Assembly: GCF_001194135.2 (NCBI RefSeq)
Contig: NC_068981.1
Coordinates: 68,693,071 to 68,742,541, forward strand
Length of the DNA: 49,471 nucleotides
From: Octopus bimaculoides
Lineage: Eukaryota
Reading direction: 5' to 3'
The stretch's first letter is position 1; each line of letters opens with the position of its first letter. Shown one piece after another: positions 12,858-25,904 of the stretch. The translations under genes were made by a program, and so were the position numbers. The notes under the pieces were generated by a model. The model did not search any database. It had not been told where the DNA came from and saw only the letters and a list, made by a program, of their open reading frames with translations.

Positions 12858-13160
12858 CGAATTTAGAAAGGTGAAAGTTATACCATTATTTTGAAAGATA
12901 CTGTTCTCGACATTTGTACGTCTACAATAGAACGGGAAGATATATCTCCAGAATACATTAACGCAGTGTATTAGCACGTTATATCTAATTGCTTAGAGTA
13001 TGTATGAGGGTGATTTTCTCTACAACACGGAGGTTGCAGCACTAACAGCATCGTAATGAATCCATGTATAGTGGGCTTCGTCCGTCGCATCATTTTGAAT
13101 GTCGTCGTTGTCTATTGACACGCATTCTCAAAACACCGGAATTGTCACGATGCAGCCGGC
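12858..13160 (-). pseudogene. CUB-like pseudo-exon candidate
   Basis: One frame reads GCIVTIPVF*ECVSIDNDDIQNDATDEAHYTWIHYDAVSAATSVL*R, compared with CUB C.W.I.VP...DI....DY..YDG.S..S.VLGR. Donor CG|GTGAGC at 12858. Confidence 0.4.
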
Positions 13161-13969
13161 TAAACGTCAGTGTTTCTTTTATAGAAAACATTATTTTGTT
13201 ATTGCATGTCCCCAGCTATGGCGTGTAGGAATAATTTAACTGTTTTCTAAACCACGTACTAAATAAATGCCTATAAGAAACAATTTAACGGATTCAGAGT
13301 AATTATATTTCGTCTCAGATGGACGCAACATTTTCTTACCAAAACCGCACATGATTTACTCACAAGGTCGTTTGCAGCTGAAAAATCTAAATACGTTCAT
13401 GTTGAAGTAAAAGTGCTTTGTGCATAGGATTCTCCGAGTAAAACAAAGTGACGTCTTCTGTAAACATGTGTGCATGTTGCTGTTATCTGTGTTGTCTATA
13501 TTTTGTTAATAAAGATTATTCTCCGTAAGTACCCAAGCACCTACGCTCACGCTCTTTCACTCGCACACAGACACTTACACATATATTCATGCGATATGTA
13601 AATGCAAAACAGAAATAAATGTCAGTATAGATTTCATAAGTTGCTTGCTTTGCTCCACCATATAATGCTGTATATTCATCCTACTAATGTATTTCTAACT
13701 CATTTTGTAATACGTTGTATGCATGAGCAAGCAAGGGTAGTGAAAACAAAAATGAGTAGATTCTTGTTATACATTTCGCTATTAGTAGGTTTTGTGGGAC
13801 TCATTTGACCTACTTACATTAAAAAGGAGACAGAAATTTGATAAATGCTAACATCTTTATAACCACTCACCGTAGGGTGACATATATATCTTATGGGCTA
13901 GAACCTAAAGAAATCATACTTGAACATCTAACGTATAGAGACCGCGTTTACAATGAAATACTTATTTAC

Positions 13970-14167
13970 CTATGCTAGTGTCCACTCATTTTGCCTGTTT
14001 ACGTGTGAGAATTTTAAATGTAATTTATTGGAATGCGATAATATGAAAGTTTTGATATATCGTAATAGCAATTGACATTTGGAAATTAAAACTGAATAGT
14101 GTGTAATAACTACAATATAATAAATACTTGGTCCAATAACAAACATGTTCAAGGTACGTGCAACCAT
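13970..14167 (-). pseudogene. CUB-like segment (C-terminal half)
   Basis: ORF-track peptide YIVVITHYSVLISKCQLLLRYIKTFILSHSNKLHLKFSHVNRQNEW. SHSNKLHLKFS closely follows the CUB S.SN.L.L.F.S strand. Confidence 0.5.
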
Positions 14168-15059
14168 AAAACGTCACATATGCTGTAGCATGTTATATAA
14201 CACTGTATTCGCATATGATCCTATTTGAAGTATTCTCTTGCTGAGATCTATAATATATTTCTCAAATAGAGAGAAGAATCAAACCTACAGAGTAGATCGG
14301 GGAAAAAAATAACGGTTAACAAGAGGAAAGAAGAATTCTTTTGAGATTTCATCAATATTTATATGAGATTAATTAGAATGAAAAGTAACCTTCTCGTCTT
14401 CTGCTAACTTATGTCTAACTCTTAATAATATATGACGTCCGAGAAATTGTAATGATATTATTTATGTATGTCTTCTTAAATTAGAATAGCTAGTTACCTA
14501 TTTCTTAGAGACAGTAATACATTTCAAATTAACCACCATCACTCTCTTCCATTCTCTCACTCTCTAGCTTTCTTTTTTTCCTTCTTTTCTCCGTCTACCG
14601 CATACTTTCTCTTACTATCTCATTCACCATAGATATTTTAATGAATACGTCTAGGAAATATGTTAACATGGACTAGACAGTATAGACTAAATGTATTGTA
14701 GCATTTAATTGTAGTCCACACACTTCTGGCATTATAAAATATTTACCAGTAAAATATACTGTAATAAATTAAATTAACGTTTGCGATTAATCGATAGGCA
14801 TTGTATACATGTATGTAATCAGTATATATGTCAAGAAGCTCAATAAACGTAGCAAGCGTGATGAAGATTAAAGCGTAATATATTTTAATTCAGATAGGAT
14901 AGCGTGATTCGATTGGCGTCTACGTAACAGGATTCTTTAATCCTGAAGTGTAGGATTTTCTCGGACAAATATCAACACATCTCTATGCATGTACCTACGT
15001 ATACACGTGCGCACGCACACATATTTGCAGATACATGAATACATACCTATTTCAAATGA

Positions 15060-15560
15060 GATACTTGACTTATTTTATACCGGCTCCACCGTATAGAAAA
15101 TGTTACACTCTAATTCGTTACTTTTCCCTCCGTTGCTTCACCAATAAGATCAGATGTACGTATAGAATTGAATTCTAAATGCTACCAACACGCGATGAAC
15201 GTTGGTTATATGATTTAAGTAGCATTCTTAGTTTGAATATGAAAATGAAATTAGCAACTTTCACACGTGATCTCTCACATTTGACTTAAAAGCAGGACAT
15301 TATCGCTAAAGAGAAAATCCTTTCAAAATTGTATTTTTTACATATGTAATATCTCTTCCAGTGATAGGAGAAAATGGTGTGCGGCCTCATGGGCAACGCT
15401 TTTATATCTAAGTACAGCCAACACAATTAAACATTTGGACAAAGAACCAAATGTGACACGATGGCGTTTTCAAAATACGTACAGTATATCCTGGATGATA
15501 TCTGCATTATACAATTAAATGACCAGTAATTGAAATTATCTTTGGTTGTATACAAAGCCC
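15060..15560 (-). pseudogene. Weak CUB-like remnant(s)
   Basis: LCPNV*LCWLYLDIKALP, LKGFSL and SC*FHFHIQ occur in different frames, so several shifts are required. Confidence 0.25.
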
Positions 15561-16039
15561 AAACTTTTCTGTTTCTGTAACTGTAAAGTTCACTATTTAA
15601 CCACACATGTCATGTTTAAAAACTGAAATTATATTTACTTTCTTCTAACACACATGGAAGCTAGGTCATCTCATTGTGTATTATATTACAAGGGGATGTT
15701 ACTGATGTTGCTTTGCAGAACTAAGGAACTTCTCAAGCCATTGCCTGTAATCACTGATTTATCTTTATAATTCTCTTCTACTATTATTCTGTTTTTTCCT
15801 TTATCAATCCTAAAGTGTCATCTGTTGGACTTTGGTTTATACTAGCACTTTATCAAGCCAACCGCCAGTTTATGTTCGCACCTTTTATTTATCTACCACC
15901 TCAAATATCAACCAATATACTGGGTCTATGATTTATACCCCCTTCATACTTACATTCATTCATTAATACTTAATCTATAGCTTATTATATTAGTCACGTA
16001 TGGCCCGAGAGAATATCTGTATAACAATCCACTTACTTT

Positions 16040-16250
16040 TATGTTCATTACATTTTGTACGCCGACCTTTTGCTTTTCAATATTGAAGTATATTCTAAAC
16101 ATACAAATATTCTATGAAATCATACCATCTATCTATATATGTAACATTGATAATTCACACGAGTATATAATCTGTGATACCCATATTTCAGTATCACCTC
16201 CGGCTGTCTATTACGTTTACTTAGTTGTACCACCACTACTTGCTGGTATA
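16040..16250 (-). pseudogene. CUB-like remnant candidate
   Basis: One frame reads SSGGTT...YSCELSMLHI*IDG (C..D.L.I.DG-like), but the spacing is shorter than a full CUB domain. Confidence 0.3.
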
Positions 16251-16854
16251 TACTAGTACAGCACTATGGACTATTTTCATACGAGTACATGTAGAATAGG
16301 TGCTACATAAGAGCATATCATGCAATTAGCCGAACATTTGTATACGCGCAGAACCATTATATATCACGTGTAATATGCTGCGTGTGGTACATTACAAACC
16401 TATCACTTTTTTTATTATCTCATTAGGGTATTAGTTCGTTTGTTGACATAAATTGCAATTGGTTCCCTATGAATTACCTTGTCCTTAATCTCCACTGCCA
16501 TGTAATCTCGTTATTCTGCTTAAGAAGCAATCAATGCAGCTTTGACGACAGATTAAATGTGCGAATAATGTAATCTTTCAGAGTTATATGTGGCGTATAG
16601 GAATTCGTTCCATTATATGAAATATATTAAACTTCGAAACATGGTGGGATGAGGGAAATGTGTCCACAGCAATATAGTAATTACGAAAAAATAAGGCAGG
16701 AAAAACCAAAACATCTATACTTATTTAAATTTTGAATGATTAAAAAGGTTAATCATGCCCAGAGAAAATGGTATGTGGCCTACACTATTCCAAGGATGAA
16801 AATAGATAGATAGGTATACACATACATATATATGGAAATATAAAAGTTATTTTC

Positions 16855-16912
<58 letters not shown>

Positions 16913-17143
16913 NNNNNNNNNNNNNNNNNNNNNNNCTCTCACTCCCACTCTCTCTCTCTCTCTCTTTATATACATATATATATATATATACACATGCAAC
17001 GATATACAGGTGAATATGTGTAAATGTATGTGAGTATGATATATAATTCATTTTGAATACAGATGTGTCATGTATTAGACGTCCTATACTGTTGGAATTT
17101 TATGTATGTGTTATATCGGCACTGCGAGAATCAATTCACTTAC

Positions 17144-17408
17144 CTGTAGTTTTCTGTCTATTTTGTTTCCAGCAGGTGTTAAACCGCATAATTAAAATTT
17201 TGAACAGGAAATCTGTCTTCATTAACTTGTCAGAAGTCAATGAAATTTAATATACATTTCGCCCTTTGTTCAGATAAATTTTCTTTATGTTTGTTCTTTC
17301 ATTAAATTTTCTAAACACTCGCTTTACAACATGGAAGATATTCCGCATTTTATACAAAATGATACTGAATGAATATTAAATTTTGTATCATCTGGTAGAA
17401 ATCTAAAT
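17144..17408 (-). pseudogene. CUB-like pseudo-exon with both splice sites (265 nt)
   Basis: Acceptor aaacttttacAG and donor CAG|GTAAGT. Contains FI*TKGEMYIKFH then (shifted) DF*QVNEDRF, resembling I.S.GN.MYI.F.SD.SV...GF. Multiple stops. Confidence 0.45.
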
Positions 17409-19905
17409 CTGTAAAAGTTTATGTACGACCTCTTTTTTATCAGCGTTGGATTCTAGATTAATTACTCAGAACATTAATTTCATGAATATTTGGAAAGTTT
17501 ATTTTTGTTTTGCAGATGTTTGGTTATGTTAGAGCTTCCAATAATGTGAGCAAAGAAAACACGGACAAATGTTAATGCATTTCGTGTTTTAGTAGGCAGT
17601 TAGACTGAGAAGAAATTAATCGATAAGAAACAACAAGAAGAAAATTGAGAGAAACATGGCAGTATGTTAAAATATGAAATTAATTAAAAAGGTAGAACGT
17701 AAAGCAAAAATGAACGGGGCAATCTTTGTGAAAAACAACTGAATTTGCTGCAATTTAAAATGTTCTCCTTGATATCATAGGCATATACATAAAACTATGT
17801 GCATACGTATATAAAGATGTACAAATGATACGCAGTTAATGCGACACCTGCAATTTTAATATTATCAACACTTGAACGAAAATTACCGCTTAAATTTTTA
17901 ATTTCCCGCTCCGTAGGACATACATTAAGCATATGTGCATTTGTGTGTTTATACACAAACATACACACACGCACACACTTGTATGCATATGTGTGTATAT
18001 GTGCGTGAGTATGTGTACATGTGTAAATGTATACACACACACTCACGCTCAGACACGCAAATATATATTAGTTATAAGTGTTATGGTAGGCGCAAACTTT
18101 ACTAAAATATTTCGGCTCTCTAGAGGTCTCTAAATTCGTCTCCAGTATTCGACGCTGTTTGGCGTTAATATTTCAGATAGCTTAATGTGCATAATGAGAA
18201 AGATTGAGGACATATAATTACAAACGTATAATGGGGATGTTAGATTTTATATTATCTACACTTGTTTCAGAATGTCAGTTATCGTCATTAAGTAAGTTTG
18301 TTTGCCCTAATATGTAATCTCATCCCGTTTTTGAATGATATTGTCAGAAAAAAAATATACATCATGGAAGAATATTCATGCACAGTTTGACTCAAATATG
18401 GAGAATTAAGCCAGATATTTCATATATCAGATTATATGTTATTCCGGAGTGAGATAACTGCACTGTATGTAAGAAGAATGGTAGGGTGTAGTTATAACTG
18501 TTCTACAACAAGGACAATGCACAAAGACATACACACATGCTCGTAACAGCACGCATTTTTACTCAGAAAAAGAGAACGTGGACTAAATATGACCCCCAGA
18601 TACTGTAGCATCAATAATAAGAATACCAGGTAGACCAAAAATAATAACAATAAAACTGAGAGCAGTCAGTTGCATAAATTGCCACACAAATGCAAGAGGA
18701 TAACAAACGTTTCCATGCAGAAGATATCTGAGTAAGCACATATGCGTTTAGGCAGGCATAGGCTTCAATATATTTATAAAATATTTCAGAACAAATACTA
18801 AGACATGTCTTCTAATCTACGCTTGAGTTAATTTAGTAGCTTTGAGAATACGAAAATACCCGAGTGCCTGGAGATTTTCGATGCATGCAAGTTAGCTTCT
18901 CATGGAAATATCAACCCTTAAACGGTGGACAATATCAATTGATGTTTCATTAGAGAAAAGTGGACATCATCAGTTGATGTTTCAAGACTGTTACATGGAT
19001 ATCACCGTCATCAAAGAAAATTGAATATTTTACGCTTTTTCTAATAATGACATTGTAAATTTTATTATGCGGGAGACCAACAATAATTTGTACTCATTTC
19101 AAGTGAAAATAAGTATAAAAATAACACTAAAGAAAAATAGAATTGTTGTCTTATTTCTTTGTAACTAGTGTGGTACACACATTTATGCAAAACTTTGCGG
19201 CTGTTCAGGGGTTATATAAATGTTTTAAAAGGTTCTTTAAATGTTTAATAGTATGCGCTTGACGTCTACAATGTCTCTTGCAAAAATCTGTGCATACAAC
19301 CACTCGTTCATACAGAAACACATTTTCACACATTCATATGCGTCCATGCATTCATAAGGAGATGCAGAGAGACATGAATGAATATCTATCATCTATCTAT
19401 CTATCTGTTTGTCTGTCTGTCTGTGTGTCTGTCTGTGTGTATGTCTGTCTGTCTGTGTGTGTGTCTGCCTGTGTGTCTGCCTATACACACACATGCTGGG
19501 ATTTAACTCGGAATTCAATATAAAAACTTCCTATAATCAAGATTTCAAGAATTCTTGCGTGTAGATTTCTTTTGCGTAGATAACATTTTTCACAGCACTG
19601 TACTCACTTATCGGCGCAAATAGCTATGACTGCAGGCCACAATACAGTTTAGACAACAAGAAAGCATTCGAACATCAGGTTATTTTATGTGAATTTGCAT
19701 TCTATATGGAAATATTAATGAGAACGAAGAGTGCTTCAATCCTACTTGTGAACACATAAATTATGAGATAAATGCATATATTTTTCTATATATATCTGTA
19801 TAAATGCATACCAGTACATACACACAAACTTAAAGATATGGATGTAAAGATGGACAGAGGAGAAGGAAAACGTTACAAGTACATATATACTTTTGCTCAC
19901 TAAAT

Positions 19906-19958
<53 letters not shown>

Positions 19959-19979
19959 AGTAGTAGTAGTAGTAGTAGT
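19906..19979. repeat. (TAC)n immediately followed by its complement (TAG)7
   Basis: Directly visible. Forms a stem of about 21 bp with a 4-nt loop. Confidence 0.95.
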
Positions 19980-20132
19980 CCATCACTACTGCTTCTACTG
20001 TTACAAATATAATTACTTTTGCAGCTTCTGCCATTATATTAGGTGATGTTATTAATACTATTCAACACCGAAGAATTGTTGACTTCATAGAATAAATCTA
20101 CAGTAATTTGTAGATGCATGTCCATCTTTGTT

Positions 20133-20163
<31 letters not shown>

Positions 20164-20264
20164 ATATATATATATATANNNNNNNNNNNNNNNNNNNNNN
20201 NNNNNNNNNNNNNNNNNNNNNNNNNNNNNNNNNNNNNNNNNNNNNNNNNNNNNNNNNNNNNNNN

Positions 20265-20565
20265 TTAATAGTTATCGCCAAGCCAACATGGCAGTCCAAT
20301 AAATAGGACGAATGCTGCCGTTGATTAGCTCCAAGAGGCCATCGTCTCTACCTGCTCTACATTGATAAGAGGCAGTACCCCGAAACTAGTCTGTCGATGC
20401 CAGACCAGCAAGGGGAAGCGGCTGACCTCCCCTGTTCGAAGGTTATAAAGGACATAGTTTCGTGTGTCACATAGCTAGCTAGAGGCGATGGCCTCTTGAA
20501 GCTAATCAACGGCAGCATTCGTCCTATTGTTTGGACTGCTATGTTGGCTTGGCGTTAACTATTAA
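20265..20565. mobile_element. MITE-like palindromic element, about 85-bp terminal inverted repeats
   Basis: ttaatagttatcgccaagccaacatggcagtcc...gaggccatcgtctcta versus tagaggcgatggcctc...ggactgctatgttggcttggcgttaactattaa. No ORF. The left flank is an N-gap. Confidence 0.85.
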
Positions 20566-20674
20566 TATCCAGTACCGCTGCCGTAGTCTCGTTTAGAGAG
20601 ACTTAGAAATATTAATATCTCTCTATATATATATGTATATGTTTATATGTATATATATGTTTCTCTCACTCTCT

Positions 20675-20716
<42 letters not shown>

Positions 20717-21513
20717 TTATATCTCTCTCTTTCACACCTTGAGCAGATGTGTGTATTAGTGTATGTGAGAGAGTTTGTCCTTCTAAATACATACAAAGAG
20801 AAATAATATGAATATATTTTACCAAATACCAATAGCAAATATATAGGTGCATGTGTAAGTCTGACATTTTTAGGAATTGTGTATGATAAGATTGTTGTAT
20901 ACGTCCGTGCATGCGTTTACATATAGCAATGGCTGTCGGGAAGTTTTGTATGTATTGTGGTAATTCTGTTTCCACCATTCAATAAAGTGATAACATCAAA
21001 GATAATGAGTAAATAAGTGGAAGATCATATATGAAATAAAAGATAAAACATTACTTAATTAAGCACCATAGGGATTAATTCTGTAAATTGCTAAAAGAGT
21101 CGTTGCTTTTTTGTTAAGTCCAAAATTGCTATTTTTGTCTTCTAATCAAATTATTTGATAATATCATTGTAATTCACTGCGGAATGCCAGAGTTTGATTT
21201 TAGGGATAAGGTTACTGTATATTAGTATATAATATTTATGATTCTGTCTTACAGGCAAATTTCTATTCCATTCAATCAGTGGAAATGATATGATGAACAT
21301 CAAACACTACCACAGCTAAGATGGAAAATAGACGTAATTAATAATATCGATTAATTAAATATTCGCGAGGGATCATTTGGTAAGTGACGAAGACGGTGTG
21401 TGTGAAATAAATTGGCTAAACACTTAAAATTCGCTTGTTAATTTGCTTATGGAGGGGTCAGTGGGGAAAAATATTGCTATACGACGATGAATTGGAAGGT
21501 GCCGTATATAAAT

Positions 21514-21550
<37 letters not shown>

Positions 21551-21671
21551 NNNNNNNNNNNNNNNNNNNNNNNNNNNNNNNNNNNNNNNNNNNNNNNNNN
21601 NNNNNNNNNNNNNNNNNNNNNNNNNNNNNNNNNNNNNNNNNNNNNNNNNNNNNNNNNNNNNNNNNNNNNNN

Positions 21672-21757
<86 letters not shown>

Positions 21758-22276
21758 CATATATACATACACACATACATACATACATACATGCATACAT
21801 ACATATATACATACATAGGTACATATTCATTCCTGTCTCTCTGCATCTCTGAATGAATGCATGAACGTATGTGAATGTGTGAAAATGTGTTTCTCTATGA
21901 ATATGAGGTTGTATGCACAGATTTTTGCAAGAGACATTGCAAACGTCAAACTCTGTACCAAACTAGTACGAATAAACATGACAACAATTCCGTTTCTCTT
22001 TACTATTACTTTTATACTTATTTTCACTTCAAATGAGTACAGATTAGTGTTCTTCCTAGCTCTCCTGTGTGACCCGTCAGTCCGGCATTCACCATGATAG
22101 ATCGCTAGCTGCTATAACTTTTTTCTATTTACTCTCCCTGTTTATTTCTGTGCTCCTTTCTGTCGAACAGCGTAGGCTCAAAATGTAAAAGACTTTGTCA
22201 CTTCCAGAGCGTTAAACTAATATATCCGTTTGTTGTTTAAACACCCGTCTTCGTCTTTTGTGTTTTGGGGAAATTC

Positions 22277-22327
<51 letters not shown>

Positions 22328-23027
22328 GCAAATGTGTATATACAGGTATATGCAGAGATGCTCAATATAAAAATCACATTCCGGTGCTTAAATTGTTTCA
22401 ACGCACACTCTTTTCCGAGGATGAAGTCCGACGGGTAAAGAGTGGTCCCTAAGAGGAATTCATGTAAGCAGATATGAAGATAATGATGAAAAAAGAAAAA
22501 AAAAACAGATAAAACATTGGGTACATCCGGAGGCTGGATTTACTCATACATATATATATGAACTACATCCGCCAACATTATAAAGTAATTCCGAGTCTCT
22601 AGAATCAGCTGTCGGACCTGTAATACCATATATTCTTCGTTTTCAATTTCTGTGTCTTTGTATGCCATGTAATTTTGTTCTGATAATATTTAGATATCTA
22701 TATATTTATACTTGAATATACATCTGCAAATTTTCAATGTTTTCCTCCTCTCTATTTACATTCATAGATGCATGGATATATACATATATGGATATATATA
22801 TATTTATATATGTGTGTGCGTGTGTGTGTGTGTATTTCTCTCTCTCTCTCTCACCATCTCTCTCTCACCCTCTCTGTCTCACTCTCTCTCTCTCTCTCTC
22901 CCACTGTATATATATATATATAACAGTAGCAGTAATAAGGAAGTCAAATGACATAAGAACCTATGTAATGCAAATAGAAATATCATGTCCTATGTTCTGA
23001 AGAACAACACAGTATGCGATACAATAT

Positions 23028-23216
23028 TTAAAAAGTATAATGAACAAAACTAAAATGTACAGAGTTAGTGATGTGTAGTGTGTACCTCTCTGTAATGCCA
23101 AATATTTCTAATAAAATGACTATGTGAAATCTTATATAAAATGTAAGAACATCAGCGAAACATAAGTACGAGAAGCATAAAAAAACATTGCTCAGAACGC
23201 TAGGAACCATTTGCAT
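23028..23216 (-). pseudogene. CUB-like segment candidate
   Basis: ORF-track peptide LCFADVLTFY...LLEIFG...HITNSVHFSFV resembles C..D.L..Y / LL..(C)G / .NS..F.F. Confidence 0.3.
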
Positions 23217-23429
23217 TATTACTAATATGAAAGAAAACTGATATAATATATTCAGTTACTAGATGTCTTGATTAAAATTTTAGATTCATCCGATTATTTA
23301 GGAAATTGATTTTCAAACTATTTCCTATATAATCTTTATCTTACAAAGAGGAAGGGCATACTCGATTGGTAATTTAAATAATTATCATTAATGGAAAGTT
23401 AAAATTATACAATACATTCCAGACAATTT

Positions 23430-23793
23430 TGATTTGGGATGTACACGTAAATATTTTGCAAACAACTTGGAGATACAAGTGTTACCAGTTAAAAGCTCCA
23501 CAGACTGGACGCTAGCATGTTTCTGGGTCATAAAAGTTAGAATGCGTGCTGTTTTGAGATATTTGTCTCGACGGTATTATTGCGCACATTATTGCCCCTC
23601 CTCCCTGAGACGAGGTCCAGCTTGCTAGGTCAACTGGTTACTAGGCGTCATCCAACAAACTGTTCGCCATTTATTATCGTCTCGTTTTCACCAAGTACAG
23701 CGGCTTACCTCCTCCACTATAACTTGGATATCGCTTATGAGGCTATCTGTTTTGCGATGGGTTAGATTTAGCAACAACAAGCATAACCACACA
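23430..23793 (-). pseudogene. CUB-like pseudo-exon
   Basis: After aaacAG (phase 1): CG...PIAKQIAS, then RYPSYSGGGK, then CTW...GQ*CAQ*Y...LTGNT. CUB landmarks appear in order but need two frameshifts. Confidence 0.42.
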
Positions 23794-24217
23794 CTGTTTA
23801 CAATGAATTATCTACGTCCAACTTCCATTAGAAAATACTATACTTTCTAGCCTGCGTCCTCGTATTTTTCGAAGAAGTGTTTATGATAATCGAGTATTTG
23901 ATTCCAAGCCATAGCTATACTATCGCCAAGGGTAACTTTTAACTTGACCGGATATACAACTTCTGTTTTCTTTCACCATATGATAATATCTTGTTTGTGT
24001 GTTACTACAATGGGCAAGAATCTTTGGTGCCCTGGTAAATCTGCAGCCGCCTCCCAATAGCCGTTCCACTTTCGTATATACGTGTATATATGTGTGTGTG
24101 TGTTTCACGTACACATTTTTCAAAATAGCAATACGTTTTCACATTTGAGTTTCAGTATCTGAACACATTCATCCATCAAATCATAAATATGTGCATGCGT
24201 CCATACATGGATACATA

Positions 24218-25422
24218 CAGGCGTTGGACAATATAATGGGAAAACCTTAAACTTTCAAACAAATTTATTTCAATATGGGGTAGGATCGCTTTTGGCAGTA
24301 ATTACATCTTGAATTCTACGAGGTATTGGTTCGTATAAAGTTTAAATCGTTTCCAAAGGAATTTTTGTCCATTCTTCAGCTAAACTAGTCTCCAGTTCTT
24401 GTAGTGATAATGGTGGAGGATATCGACTCCTTACTTGTTTTTCTAAAATGCACCATAGCTGTTCAATAATATTGAGATCTGGGGATTTTGGCGGCCAGAT
24501 AAAATGTTCAACTTCACTAGAATGTTACTCGTGACATTCAGTAACAACTTTAACTGTGTGAATTAGTGCATTGTCATCCTGAAAGATTACGTTTCCCACC
24601 AGAAACAGTTCCGTAACCATAGGATAAAAATCCTCAAATAGTCTTGACTGTCATGAAGGGAAACCATTGGGCCGGGCGATTTCCAAGATATAACCCCTTC
24701 TCCCAGATCATCACAGATCATCCCCCATGTTTAACAGTTGGAAGAAGACTGTTTGGCTCAAATGCTTCTTTTGGCTGTCGCCACACGTATACTCGGCCGG
24801 TGGTCGGAAATAAAGTAAAGTATGACTCGTTCGAGAAAATAACAATCTTCCACCGTTCTAGGGATCAATTCTGTAGATTTTGACTCCACTATAAACGCTT
24901 TGCACCGTTTGTTTTTGAAAGTAGTGCTTTTCTGATTGCAGCCCTCCCGTGAAATGCGGCTTAGTGCTGCATGGTCATTCAGCTCTGCAGTAATTTTTGG
25001 AGCTGTGCATTTGTGATCCTTTGTAACAATTCGCATAAGAGTTCCACGGTTTCTATCCTAAAGGTTTGGTTTTCTTCCGGAGTTTTTATTTTTACGGGGA
25101 GGTTTTTCCCTCTTTCTCAAAATCTGACATACCTTTCAGGATAGTACGTCTTGATACACCAAGCATTTCGGCTGTTTTCGTTACGCTACCGCCTGCCATA
25201 CAAGCACCAACAATTTGACCTCTTTGAAAGTCTGATATGTCTGTCATTTTAATGAATTTTAATTACTTTTTTCTGATGATATCTGAAAAGAAACTGCAAT
25301 TTTTGCAAAACATATTAAGCAACACTAACATAAAAATCAACAAGCTTTTGATGTTTTTTATAGATATTCCAAAATTATGATGCTATGATGATAGGTGTTT
25401 CCATTATTATGTCCAACCACCG
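24218..25422 (-). mobile_element. Full-length decayed Tc1-family transposon (1205 bp)
   Basis: TA-flanked imperfect TIRs caggcgttggacaatataatggg / cggtggttggacataataatgga. Broken transposase 25247-24270: MTDISDFQRGQIVGACMAGGSVTKTAEMLGVS...WPPKSPDLNIIEQLW...PTPY*. Confidence 0.95.
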
Positions 25423-25798
25423 TACATGCACACACACATGCACACATAAATATGTAGTGGTATATGGCAGCATTCTGGCGGAGATATTACCTGCTAGATG
25501 TTTGTGAATCGTTTATTCTGTCACAGACTATCCGCTTCTTGCTGCTAACATTTCTCTTGCAATCGTTATTCCTTCTCATCTTCATATCTATGACATATCT
25601 ACGACCAATGTAAACATCCCATCACGAGACAAAATTTGTTTATTATATTTCGCGTATTTTATGTCACATGATAACACCATATGATCATGAAGCGTTCTTC
25701 CATTCTGTTTCCAGGTTGTGAAAAACTGATCTACTCGTTCTCCTAAGTACAGTCGTATCCAGTTACTAAATTTGACGCAGCTGACATCCTAATACTTC

Positions 25799-25904
25799 TG
25801 GAGACATCATATAGTGGAGACATCATATAGTGGAGACATCATATAGTGGAGACATCATATAGTGGAGACATCATATAGTGGAGACATCATATAGTGGAGA
25901 CATC
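25799..25904. repeat. 16-bp minisatellite TGGAGACATCATATAG x6.6
   Basis: Six perfect units plus 10 nt, with no spacers. Confidence 0.98.

Noticed and set aside
18583-18741. 52-aa hydrophobic minus-strand ORF (possible TM exon)
   Set aside because: T-rich composition explains the hydrophobicity, and there is no splice or homology support.
23709-23828. Signal-peptide-like first exon MEVGRR*FIVNSVWLCLLLLNLTHRKTDS...EE ending at GAG|GTAAGC
   Set aside because: It has an in-frame TAA at codon 7, and the same bases are explained better as a CUB start in other frames. Not fully excluded.
25799-25904. CRISPR-like array
   Set aside because: Contiguous identical units with no spacers, in a eukaryotic context.
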